NCBI GenBank assembly: GCA_051362555.1
Contig: CM120640.1
Span: 3,038,001 to 3,102,000 of the forward strand
Source: Lingula anatina
Taxonomy: Eukaryota; Animalia; Brachiopoda
Direction: 5' to 3'
DNA: 64,000 nucleotides
Shown here piece after piece: positions 1 to 12,440 of this stretch (within the stretch, counting starts at the first letter, position 1; each line of letters begins with the position of its first letter). Both the position numbers and the translations under genes were made by a program. The notes under the pieces are model-generated. The model did no database searches. It had not been told where the DNA came from and saw nothing but the letters and a program-made list of their open reading frames with translations.

Positions 1-1803
1 TTCTGCGCTGCTTGCCAGCGTTCTGGTGAGCTCTCAGGGTGCGTCTGTTGCCGAGGAACACAGCGTGCACAAACGCCAAGTACCGATGCAGTATGGAGCC
101 AATACCTTAGGAGGCTCCTTCAACTTTGGTCCAAATATCGGCGTGGCCACCCCCGACCAGACCCCAGCCAAAGATACGATCGTTGTCAGTGACGTAGGCA
201 AGGCCAGTATTACTCGCACTGACGGGCCTAACTATACCCCATCTGGACCTAACAACTACAACGCCAAGGTCTGGCAGGTAAGAGAATCATGGATGTTTTC
301 TTGCTGAGAACAGTAGACAATTACCAATAAAGATTGTGATCTTTAAAGAATCTTGTTTAGGATAAATGTGTATGGGATTAGAGATAATGAAATACTAGCC
401 ACGAGGTTTAAGGCTTGACAGTGTTATAAACATACTTTTGTATCTACCTTCAAAGTTTGGTTTTTATTTCGTTACAGCTAGGCAACCAGGAGGTCACTTA
501 CGTCGGAAACGTAGTCATCATTGACTGGAGGGTGTTTAGCGAACGTAAGGCTCCAGCTGCTTCTAGAACACCCGTTTACGGCTCTTCAGGACCTACGTAC
601 GGCACCTCAGGACCTACGTACGGCTCCTCAGGACCTACATACGGCTCCTCGGGATCTACGTTCGGCCCCTCGGGACCTGCGTTCGGCACTGTGCCTCAGT
701 ATGGAGATACCAACCTTGGCCAACCAGGCTCAACTAACACAGGCCCAGCTTACGGCCAGGCTACTGGTCAGGATCCAACTTACGGCACAGTAGGACAGGA
801 CACAGGATTGCCAGGGTTCAACGCAGGGCTGCAAGATCCAGGATTCAACGCAGGATTACCAGGACAGGGATTCCCATCCGGTTTACCAACCTACAACAAC
901 GAAGATCCCTTTTCCGACCCATTCTTTCAAGATGTTCCTGGTTTTTATAATGCTGGGCAAGACGCTGGGCAAGACGGCAGCAACAGTGCAAACCAAGCCC
1001 CGCCACAAAACGGAGGAACTTACCAAGGCGCACCTGCTCCAGGTTCTTACCAAAATGGCGTTTTTCTAGGTCCAACACAGAATGGAGGCTACCAAGATCA
1101 GGGGGCTTACCAAGGCTTACCCAATCAAGGCGGCTACCAAGATCAGGGGGCTTACCAAGGCTTACCCAATCAAGGCGGTGCTTACCAAGGCGCACCTGCC
1201 CAAGGCTCATACCAAAATGGCGTTTTTCTAGGCCCAACACAGAATGGAGGCTACCAAGATCAGGGGGCTTACCAAGGCTTACCCAATCAAGGCGGCGTTT
1301 ACCAAGGCGCACCTGCTCAGGGCGGCTCAAACCAAGGTGCCGTATATCAAGACCCAACACAGACCGGAGGCTACCAAGACCAAGGTGCTTACCAAGGCCT
1401 TCCAAATCAAGGCGGCCTTTACCAAGGCCTACCTTCACAGGGCGCCTCTTTTAACCTCCCCCCTCAAACTGGTGTTTATTCAGGTGCTCCCGCGGGCAAT
1501 GTCCAGTACGGACCTACGTCTGCTCAGGGACCACTCAACAACCAGTACGGCAACGCCTTGAACCAGTACGGCAAGAAGAAGAGAAGGAGGAGGTCTCTGA
1601 GAAAAAAGAGACAGACCTACGCGCCATCTTACGGTACTGGCCCTCTGTACGGCCAAGGAGCCAATTCCGGAGTTGTCACCGGCCTTCCTCTGTACGGCCA
1701 AAGCCCCGCATACGGCTCAACCTACGGTTCATACAATGGTAAATATTTTAACCAAACAAAAATTCTGTCATTGGTTTTAATACTAAAACGTGGAGATTTT
1801 AGT

Positions 1804-1882
<79 letters not shown>

Positions 1883-3087
1883 GGTTTGAATCATAAAACT
1901 GATATTACCAAAGCCATTTATGTCCTTTTACTACCAGTTTAAGTCTATGTTAATTGGAAAAGAAGGCATTTTTCTCTGAAAAGTTAAAAACTGAAGCATG
2001 ACTTTTTTTAAAAGCATTGTATTTACTTTTGCAGTTCCTACTGGTCCAGCCTTCCCTAACATCTGTGTGAAGAGAGGAACATACCTTGTCTTCAACTGGC
2101 CGTATCCAGGTAAGTTACACAGATCTACACACTTACCTGCTACTTAATCCACTTACGTAATATAACACTGATTCCCTATAACTTGTACGCCAACTATCGT
2201 GCATCATATACAGAAGTCATATACTACGTTTGTTAAATTCATAGACATGTACTAACGAAGAAAGATATTAGTGGCTCATACAGTCTTTCAGTAATATGGC
2301 ATTTGGCTGTTGCTAGTTTCTTATCATGTACATACACCTAATATATACAGCATATGCACAGGTGCAAATGTCTGTTTGTATTTATCAATTAATTGTCATA
2401 CGGACTCACTGTGTGATGTTGCCCGTGAACGAAAGGGGTCGCGCTAATGTAACCGTTCATTATACCATTCCAGGCAGACACAACGTGAACAAATTCATCT
2501 CATACAGAGCCTACAAATACTGCTCCAAGGACGAGCTGACCGAGGACACTTATGGCTCCCAGACCCAGGAGATCATAGACACCAGTAACCTAGCGCCAGG
2601 CTATTACTACTTTGCCAGTGGCGTCGGCGATGACTGCTCTACTGGTGGACAGAAGATAGCCGTCCGCGTGGCCACCGATTACGGTGATGACTGTAAGTAG
2701 GCCTCCTTTTTTATGGCTTGGGTGGGACTTCGTTATATGGCTTTGATTAGGTCAATTTTAAAGGTCTGCATGGGTATCCTTAAGCCTTCTTACTTGCTTT
2801 ATTTCAAATGTCCCAAAACACTGTTTGATTAAAAGCTAGAATTTTTTTTAAATGTGTTAAACATTTATCGTTACTTCTCTACTTTAATGTAGCATTTGCC
2901 TAGCCTATTTTTGAAAATGGTCATAATAACCCGTCATATACAAGTGTTTTAGACCTTCAGTAGACGTACTTATTAAATACTAGAGGTTGGTTCAGGCACA
3001 GTAATCACGTTTGAATATTTCTCTGATTTAGGTAAATACCCAAGCTACGGACAGTATGGCTTGGCCGGTGCAAGCACAGGCAAATAA
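1..3087 (+). CDS. Secreted Gly/Tyr/Gln-rich repeat protein with a cupredoxin (phytocyanin-like) domain; 5' partial. Exons <1-277, 478-1738, 2035-2109, 2474-2692, 3032-3087
   Basis: GT-AG introns join in frame. The end of a signal peptide (SALLASVLVSSQG) is followed by HKR|Q, GPTYGSS and YQDQGAYQGLPNQGG repeats, and KKKRRRRSLRKKR. The C-terminus CVKRGTYLVFNW..HNV..YKYC..PGYYYFASGVGDDCSTGGQKIAVRV resembles the plastocyanin-like fold. Stop at 3085-3087. Confidence 0.8.
1807..1880. repeat. (TA)n microsatellite in an intron
   Basis: Read directly; it produces the IYIY tail of ORF 457..1896. Confidence 0.95.
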
Positions 3088-4585
3088 ATCGCTGTCAACA
3101 TACGCGGGGATTGAGACGACTGGGGAATGATCGTACAATACTGTCAACTGCGGGGAAGTCGCCCTTGAAGCACTACCTAAACAGAATAAGCTAACGCAGG
3201 ACTGGTTTTGCGGTATTTTTTCAGAATTCTTCCTAGTATGAGCTTTAAGTCTGGAAAACGAAGAGACGACATAATTTATTGTTGGAATTCACAAGAAGTA
3301 CCGTGCTTGATTTTTAATAATTGACTTTGTTTTATCTTTAATTTTTATTATTTTATTATAATTTAGGCCTTATGTACATAAAGGACCAAAAATAAAGCTT
3401 TACTTTCATAATATCATTAAACAGTAGTGTATTATATTATTTTGTAGTTAAATGTAGCTGACTGTGTTGTTCAAATTTTCATCTAATTTATTTGTAAAGC
3501 AAAGATGGTCGATATCTTTTTCATTAAAACATTAAAAAAACTAAACCCAGGTTCAGTAGTCGTATGTTTACCTGTCGTTATTGTATGAGCCGGTGAAGAA
3601 GGAAGCGTTTTCACAGGGGGTGGGGGTGGGGGTGGAGACTTGGCTATAAGCCACTTAAATCTCGGCTCAGGGAGGTTATTTGGGTGATGGAGGCATTAAG
3701 AAAGGGGTGTAATTTTCCAGGTTGACCTCTAAGGCTGACCTCTGTTCTCAGTACCCATATTAACTTCCACTATAATCAGGGTTTCATAGATAAGGCACAG
3801 CTACTTATTACTGGATTAATTATGCATTTATTCAAGGAGACAAGCATTCCGATTTCATCTGACTAACAATGGTAATTATATAAATGGTATATCCCTATAA
3901 AACCCCCAATCGGATTCTGGTCGCTATCTTATTTCCTCGTCAGAATAAGTAATGAGAACATTTACATACGGAAACGCTGTGAACAAAATTGCACTTCAGT
4001 TAAAACAATGATCCAGTAAGTAATTGTTTGCCTTTACAATTTGATATAACATTTAGATGTTCAACATGGCTTTACCGCGGAACCAATTTAATGGGACAGT
4101 TTGTTATAAATTCATTCTCACTCGACAACAATAGGTATCCAAGCTGATAGATCTTCACTGACAGAACAACATTCTACACAAAATTAAAGAACTCACATTA
4201 TGAATTCATCAATTTTCTATCACAATTGTAAGTTTGAATCATGTCATTCCCATTCAAAGATGTGATGATTCCGTTTCCAATGAGCCTTTTTAAGTTTCAT
4301 GTTGGAAATCAGTCAGTAGGTTTACAAGCGTAAATAACGCAACCTTGGGATCGCCCGTACAGCACAAATATCAGTTAAAACAGCCTAAAGATGAATCCAT
4401 CGCGACTCAAGCAAATGTCAATGGCAAGTTTTATTCGCTTTTTCCTAATAACACATGTAAAAGAATGGCCTTGAAAAGAATGTTCGCAAGTGGCAGTACA
4501 ACTTCAATCTCAAAGCTGAGTAAAATTACATCAACACCAAAACTTCAATATTTGACGAAAGAAATGCCTACGATATTCAGAATAT

Positions 4586-5462
4586 TTATCCGCGGCAGCA
4601 GCAGTAATTCGGCCCACACCCTCCTCCGCAGCCGCCGCCGTATCTGTGCACTTGAGGACCGGTCACCCCTACAGCTTCGTCATGGTTTGATGATAGCCGC
4701 GGGCGATTGAGGTACACATGAAGCGTCTCAAAGCATGTCTTACTAAAGAGAAAAGAAGGAATAATAATTCTCGTGCTACATTTACAGATTAAAAATTTGA
4801 ATAATTAATATTAAAAAAATTAGGCAGTGGAAGTATTTTCGCAAATCTTCGAAAACTTAACTTAACTTGGCGCACCGAACATTTTTGCCTTTACTTACGT
4901 TTTATTTCAATTTTCACGAGAACCTACCCAAATTCAAACGGCAGCGAGTGTGAGTTATATCGATTTGAAGTAATTCATAAAATGTTAAAAGTAAATCAGC
5001 GTTTTACCCTAGGTCTGTGCATGCGGTGGAACAAGCCGCATAAGCTGAATTACAGTATCTGCGCACGGCGTGTACTGTCCCATCTACAGGCATAATACCG
5101 GTACAGGCTGCCTGGGCAATTTCATCCATCCAGTTGTAGTAATCAGATTCTCGGTTACCTGAAGGTACAATCACACAGCACCGCTTTCTTATAATTGCAT
5201 AATGTATCTATATCTTTTGTAACACTTAAACTAAATATAAACCCATACATTTATAAAAGTTTGTAACAAGCCATGCAATCAATTTTTGAGTCACTGTAAA
5301 GTGGCAGTATCAGACATGCAGGAGGAATACTAAAAATTGTTTTAAAACCACGACCATAAAATTTATATAGAACAAAAACCTATAATTACCCATCTCGTTG
5401 GCTGCGACTGCCATCAGATATACACAGAGAATAATGACCAGGAATCGCGCCGCTTGAGCCAT
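4586..5462 (-). CDS. Secreted 10-Cys protein, family copy A1 (about 126 aa). Exons 5462-5390, 5158-5008, 4742-4586
   Basis: Spliced product: MAQAARFLVIILCVYLMAVAANEM-GNRESDYYNWMDEIAQAACTGIMPVDGTVHAVRRYCNSAYAACSTACTDLG-KTCFETLHVYLNRPRLSSNHDEAVGVTGPQVHRYGGGCGGGCGPNYCCCRG*. Intron phases 1 and 2 are shared with all paralogs. Confidence 0.88.
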
Positions 5463-7424
5463 CGTTCGATTTGTGATTCTTACGTAACTTCTCCTGTATG
5501 ACACTTGAATTAGTGAACTGAAACTTTAATGTTGGTGAATCGTTTTGTCTTGATTTTCGAAGTCGTTCTGTTGTTATCCCTGGGTGCTCTGTCTGCCAGA
5601 CTGGTCTTGGAAATTAAAACACCAGCCCATCAGCTGTTATCAGTAAAATGGTAACTCAGACAGACAGGGTCTTAAGAATCTGACACACCAAGCTGCGTAG
5701 CACGTTTTCAGCAAAATTTCTATTTCTCTTGTCCATTTTTTGTTACGATCAATTAAGAAATGAAAGTGTCAACATTCGGTCAACATTCTTAAATTTGAAC
5801 AAGCTACGAACACTGTGTATTGACCTGCTACAGTTTCAATTTTATTATTTCTATTGATCTTTTTTTTTAGCAACTTTAATCGGAAAAATATCCGTTTGCT
5901 TTACTCTGCCATTCGACATTTCCAGTTAAATGCTTTCTGCGGTCAATAGCCTTAAGCCAAGTAACCGGAAAACTATGACTGATCGAAATCCCATTTTCTC
6001 TTATTTACACTCTCTCATCAATCATTTGTGTTAAAAACTAAAACCTATCTAGGAAAAGAGAAAATAAATATTGAACTAATTAAATCAACAGTTGTATCTT
6101 AACAGTAAGCAGTTTCATAGATGCCATGAAGCAAACCACGCTTTTAAGACATCGTTGCCTTTAATGTTTTATTATTCTATGAAAACTATATTTTACAACA
6201 GCCATTCTGCTGGTGAGAAAAAGGAATGTATCATCGTAAAAAAGTGACAAGATTTATTTATTAAAGTTTAAGTATACATGTACAACACTTGTATTCGATG
6301 CATTACCCAGTATATCCGAAACACCAAATTCCCTTTCCAATGAGCCTTTATTGTGTTGAAAAGTCTGACAGTAAGTTTATAAGCGTAAGGTACACAACCA
6401 TTGGATCACAGCACAAAGTTAAAACAGTTTAAGATGATACATCTCAACACGAAGAAAAACATTCATAGGTATATGTTAATCCTAGTGCGACGATGGTATT
6501 GAATTTTCACATTTAGCGGACAGATGAGAAACTATGTTCAAAACTTTCAGGTTCCTTCATGAAGAAGTTCGTACCAAAGTTACTGTCACAAATCAAAAAC
6601 TTTCAGCTGCGGAAGCGTTTTACTCACTTTAAAATTTCGATCAGCGCTGGTTGTGTTCTTTAATTTATTTCCTACAAGTACAACGTTGTGAAATACATGA
6701 CAATCTTCTGTATAGAACGATTAATTTTTGCGCTATTTTAGTCACTGAATATTACAAAAAAAGGCATCATGCTGACAATAAAAGAAGTATTAAATGAACT
6801 ATTTTTATTCGTGGCGCAACAAAACCATGTCAAAAAAATAATATTTCAAACTATACAAAAAGTATTGTATACCATTCAGTCGAAAACTGTAACTTATTGC
6901 ACTAAGTGCTTGGACAAAAATAATTTTTTTCGGACATTTTTCTGGGAAACATACGTTACGTACGTTTTAACCATGACGCAAAGTACCCTGGGTTGCAGTT
7001 TACATATTTATAAAGATTTCCTTTTGTTAACCATAATTTACCATGACTGAATCAATGCAACATACATGTATATTGAAACACGATACAAAAGTAAAAATTA
7101 TCTCCCGTAACATACATTACTGAAATATCAGTGCTACTTGGCCCTTACATAATAATATAAACCGTGTTAAAATCTTATGTTGATGTAAAATTGAGACAAC
7201 CGTGGATTTTTGTTGTATACTGTGTTTTAAAAATTGAATACAAATTCGAATTCATTCAATTTTATTTATTTATTGGTTTATTTGAGACTTCGACTTGTGA
7301 AATGCACCTCTATATTGGGTTTGTTTTCGCAAGTGGCAGTACAACTTCAATGTCAGAGCTGTGACATCGTCAATAAAATTACGTCAATATTTTGTATTAG
7401 AAGGGGGAAATGGCTACAGCGCCT

Positions 7425-10400
7425 TTATCCACGACAGCAGCAGTAGTTTGGTCCACAATGAGTGCTACCGCAAGTGCCATATCTGTGTACCCAGGGTCCT
7501 ACCTCCCCTACAGCTTCTCCGTGGGTTTCCGACAGCCTTGGTTGATTAGGGTAAACATGAAGCGCCTCAAAGCATGTCAAACTGAACAGAAAAGGAGATA
7601 AGATTCTATTCTTAAATTACATTTTAAGATTACGAATATACAGGGTTACCACTTAATATGGAATATTTTTTATCATTGTTATTTTTGAGTGCTCATTAAT
7701 TATTTTTTGGCTTGAGTCATTAAAAAAGTATGTCACTGAGTGATAATAACATCCAGTCTTCTGTTGTGAGATATTTTGGTCAATAATATTAAATCTGACA
7801 TAAGGTGCTATTCAAAAGAAAGGAACACCCCCAGAAAACCATATCAACAGTTTGATGCCAGTATAAACTTTAAGATAAGATATTTAAAAAAATGATAGCC
7901 TCCGGACAGTGATATGTTACACAGTCAAAGAACTCACTACAGTAAATCATGAAAAGTCAGTAATTGCGGGTATGACCTCCAGCAGCCGCTTGCAGCGCCC
8001 TCATCCTACATGGCATATCCTGTGACACGTTTTTTAGAGTTTGGGTGGGGATATCATTCCACGCAGTGATATTTGCCTGTCGCAGTTCATCACTATTTAC
8101 CGGCCGAGGACCATAGCTATTAATTCTGTGAGTTACTTCCGCCCACATATTTTCAATTGGGTTCATATCTGGAGAGTTTGCAGGCCAGGGCAGTTGCTGA
8201 ACCCATTGGTTTTGAAGAAAAACAGTGTTTCTGCGGCCTCGATGTGGGGTTGCGCAGTCGTCTTGGTACACAAAGTTGTTCCTGAAGATGAATCTTAGCA
8301 ATCGAAGCATTGTTTGCTGTAGAATGTCTCTGTAGGAATCCTGGATGAGGTTGCCTCCTAGAAAAATCAACTGGTTCTGGGCACCGACATGAAATACTCC
8401 CCAAACAGAGACGTTACCATCCCCTGCTTGCACCCTAGGCAGTACACAATAATTGTTTTATGCCCCTCGTACACGTCGGTGGATACGGATTCGACGATCA
8501 ACCCTAAAAAACCCATATCTGGCCTTATCACTGAAAACAACGTGATTCCAGTGTTTTGGCTGCAAAGGCACGTGGTCCCCAGCCCTTTGCAGACGTCGCT
8601 GTATATGACCTGCTGTTAACAGTGGTTTCCCTACTGGTCTTCGTGCAAAATAACCGGCTTGCAGAAATCTCTTGTTCACGTGGGACCTTGAAACGGGCGT
8701 TTGAATGACATTCTGCCTCTCTTTTCTGAGGACACTGGTTGTTTTTGTACGTCCAGCACGGCGTCCACTAAGGAGAAGGCGATCCTGTCTTCTTGGTGTG
8801 ATACGCGGACACCCTGGTCGAGGTATTGGAGTAGGTGCCACTACTGTAGCAGCATTTCTTTGGAGGACTTCACAAACGGTTCCTGATAAATGTTGAATTA
8901 CCAGGCAATGGCTGTCCGTTTCTGGCCATTTTCTCTGAGAGCAAGAATCCCATAGTAAGCTGCGTTGCTTTGCTGTCGAACCATATCTTCACTAAGATAC
9001 CTGTCAAGTTTCAGAGCGATCCCGTTGTTGCTTCTCTAAACACGCTCCAAAGATTGACCAAACCCATGCGTTTTTATACAAGGGCAGAAATTGCCGAAAA
9101 GGCCACCCCTCAAATTTCTGACCACAGAACATGCAACTGCATGCATCAATTGTTTCGAGAGTTGTGTGGTAATTAGGTAACACATCTGGCTACACATGGA
9201 GTGACACCTCAGCTTTGGATTTAAAGTAGTTAGAGAGAAATTAAATATTTTGTAGAAAATTTATTCGCCAAAAAATAATATTCCATATTAAGTGGTAACC
9301 CTGTAGATGATTTATCTTTAAAAAGAAATAAGCAGTAGTACCAGTAGTACTTTTTAGCAAAAATTGGAAAACTAAAATTGTCGCAACTGGAGATTTCTGT
9401 ATGGACTTGCTAATCATTTCATGAGAACCTACTCAAATTTAAACAGCGATTACGAGTTATATCGATTTGAAGTAATTCATAAGGGAGTTGAGATACGCTG
9501 ATTGGCTTGAGCTGTGTACATCTTTCAGAAAACATTCTCAACTAATGATTATCTAGACCTGTAACTTCGTTTTTGCATATTGAGTTGTTATTTAAAACTC
9601 AATTTTACACTAATCGATTTTTTATAGTGTTAAAAAGGTAGTAGTCGATTTTAAATGTATCACTGGTGTACAGGTTTAGTGCTGTTTCACTAAAATTTGA
9701 TAACTGTCATTTACCGTATCCCAACTCTCTATGGTTCTAAGAGATAACAAGCGTTATACCCCTGGTTGGTGCACACGGTGGAACAAGCCGGCTGGCCTGA
9801 AGCAACACAGTATCTGCGCACGGCGTACACTGTCCCATCTACGGTCATAACACCGGTACAGGCTGCCTGGGCAATTTCGTCCATCCAGTTGTAGTAATCG
9901 GATTCTCGGTTACCTGAAGGTACAATAACAGCTATGTGCACTGCCTTCTCCACCTCCCACTGCGGTGATAAACAAACAATGAACGTCCATGCTATACGTC
10001 CTGTAGCCCATCGCCCTTCCCCCTTCCTCACGCCCATCCATCCAACCTTGGACATAAAAAGGAAAGGCCTTCTCTTATTATGTCCAAGATCCAACCCAAC
10101 GCCCGCTCCTTCCACCATGCTCTTTTCTCCGACCAATTGCCCCCTCCTTCCCTTTACAGTGTGTAAAGAGAATTCTTAGTACTCTCTGCCCACAGGGTGC
10201 GCTAGTAGTCCGTTAAAAAATAGTTGTATGGCACTTACATAATTTAAAAGTCATAACTTAAATAATGTCTTTTAGAAAACAATCGAGGAGCCAATTTTCA
10301 CACCTGCATTCCATTAGGAAATGATTTGATTATTGACTATAACATTTGAAAAATTAACTTATCATAATTATCCTGTTTAAAACTTCGGTCCTTTACCGAC

Positions 10401-10512
10401 TTAATAACCTTAATATATAGAACAAAAACCAGTAATTACCCATCTCGTTGGCTGTTACTGTTATCACATTCACACACAGAATGATGACCAGGAATCTTGC
10501 CGCTTGAGCCAT
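7425..10512 (-). CDS. Secreted 10-Cys protein, family copy A2. Exons 10512-10440, 9913-9760, 7581-7425
   Basis: Signal-peptide exon, then ESDYYNWMDEIAQAAC exon, then LTCFEALHV...CGSTHCGPNYCCCRG* exon. Canonical splice sites; a Tc1 element sits in intron 2. Confidence 0.88.
7641..9303 (-). mobile_element. Tc1/mariner DNA transposon with a frameshifted transposase
   Basis: TIR CAGGGTTACCACTTAATATGGAATATT at both ends with TA flanks. ORFs 8458-8841 and 7957-8433 carry WNHVVFSD, QDDCATPH and WPANSPDMNPIEN. The paralogous site near 56815 is empty. Confidence 0.93.
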
Positions 10513-11749
10513 TGTTCGATTTGTGATTCTTACGTAACTTCTTTTGTCTGACACTTGAATTAGTGGACTGAAATTTATTGTTGGTGAATCGTTTTGACTC
10601 GCTGTCTTGATATTTGTAAAGTTGTTCTACTGTTATTCCTAGGTGACAATCTGGTCTTTGATATTGGGCAGCAGTTTTTATCAGTAGCAAGCGAGACCGA
10701 CAGGGCCCTAAATCTGAAATAGATGAGAAGTGTGTTGCCTGCAAATTTTGACTTCCGTTGTCGTGCTTTTGTAACGCTAATAAAGTAAAAGTCGATATTC
10801 GACCAACGGATACTTAAATTTAAACAAACTACGAACGCGTTGTATTGACCTGCTACAGTTTCAGTTTTATCATTTGTAATGGCCTTTTTTCACTTTTAGC
10901 AAATTAATCAGCAAAATATCCGTTTGCTTTATCTGCACTTACTCTGTCATTTGACATTTACAATTAAACACCTTCTGCGGTTTAATTTGTGGCGCGCTAA
11001 CATCAAGGTGTCAATATCCCAAAGCAAAGGAACCGGAGAACCATCATCGATCGAACTGTCATTTTTTTTCTTCCCTTATCATTTTAGCTATGTGCACTGT
11101 CTCATCATTTGTTTGTGCTAAAAGCATTTTCCTGTGTCTAGGAAAAGAGAAAATAGATATTGAACTAACTAACTAAATACAAAAGTTAAATCTTTACGGT
11201 AAAAAAGTTTCATCAATATCAGGAAGCAAATCACGATTTTAGACATCGTTGCCTTTAAAATTGGTTTTTCAATCTGTGAAGATTGTGCTTCACAGCAGTC
11301 ACTCTGCTTGGAATAAAAAGAAATGTATCACCACAAAAAAAGACATCGTTGCCTTTAATATTTTTATTAGTCTATGAAAACTATATTTTACAACAGTCAT
11401 TCTGCAGGTGAAAGAAAGGAATGTATCATCGCAAAAAATATTTATACGTTAAAGTTAAAAGCACACTGTACATAAATTGGATGCATTACCCGGTATATCC
11501 GAAATATCAAATGTAATTTATCACTATATATGCTTCTAAGTATCACTGCGATGAGAGTGTGAATGTTGTGATTCATCCAGTTGTGTACAAAAAAAAAGAT
11601 AAAAAAAACAGACCTCCGCCAAAGCAGCTTAATTATCATTATTAATCAAAATCATCATCATTATCAAAATTAATGGTTCACAACCAAAATTAGACATGTT
11701 GTAATTTGTCCAATGCGTGTCTATTCAAAATCCATCCTTTTTGAGTAAG

Positions 11750-11960
11750 CACTGGACGGCGTCCTTTCTGCGTCCTTTCTGCGACCATGAAATTTGGCAT
11801 TGCTGTGGTTTTAATAAGGAGGCACGAGCATTGATTTTGTATCAGAATGAATGCTCAATGATCGGCCAGTTGTCGACACGTAAAGTATTATAATTTTTAA
11901 CTCTCAAATGGGGCCGTACTGCTGGACGCAGAAAGGACGCCATCCAGTGTAAAGGGGGCT
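11750..11960. mobile_element. MITE-like element, left arm only
   Basis: Inverted repeat CACTGGACGGCGTCCTTTCTGCGTCC / GGACGCAGAAAGGACGCCATCCAGTG; absent from the paralogous site near 44535. Confidence 0.7.
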
Positions 11961-12440
11961 TAACTAACAAACCAATGATGCCAATTACTTCTTAGAGTAG
12001 GTTTCAAAAATTCTAATTCTTGGCGTAGTATTACAGCAATAATCCAACGTTGCGCTCAGTCAGTACCACCAATTATTAACAGAGAAGTGTCACTGCCCAT
12101 CGGATATAACAATATACGGTCCTGTTACCGATCAAAATAACAGCTCTATCAAAAGAGTGGTATACAGTGCGTAAAGAGAATTCTTAGTACTCTCTGCCCA
12201 CAGGGTGCGCTAGTAGTCCGTTATAAAATAATTGTTTGGCACTTACATAATTTTTGTACACACCTTGGACATAATATTCGTTATTATGTCCAATTACACA
12301 CGTATACTATTTTAGAAACCCCTGAAATCAGACGGTATATTTTCCCACATTAAATTACACTGGTTTTAACAAAATGACACATCTATAGACACCTGAAAGT
12401 TATAGCGTGGGTAATTATACAGTGACACACGCGACATCGT

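Noticed and set aside
845-1438. 197-aa repetitive minus-strand ORF
   Set aside because: Antisense to the repeat-coding exon, with no independent support.
1739-1896. IYIYIY C-terminus of ORF 457..1896
   Set aside because: Read-through into an intron containing (TA)n; the real donor is at 1739.
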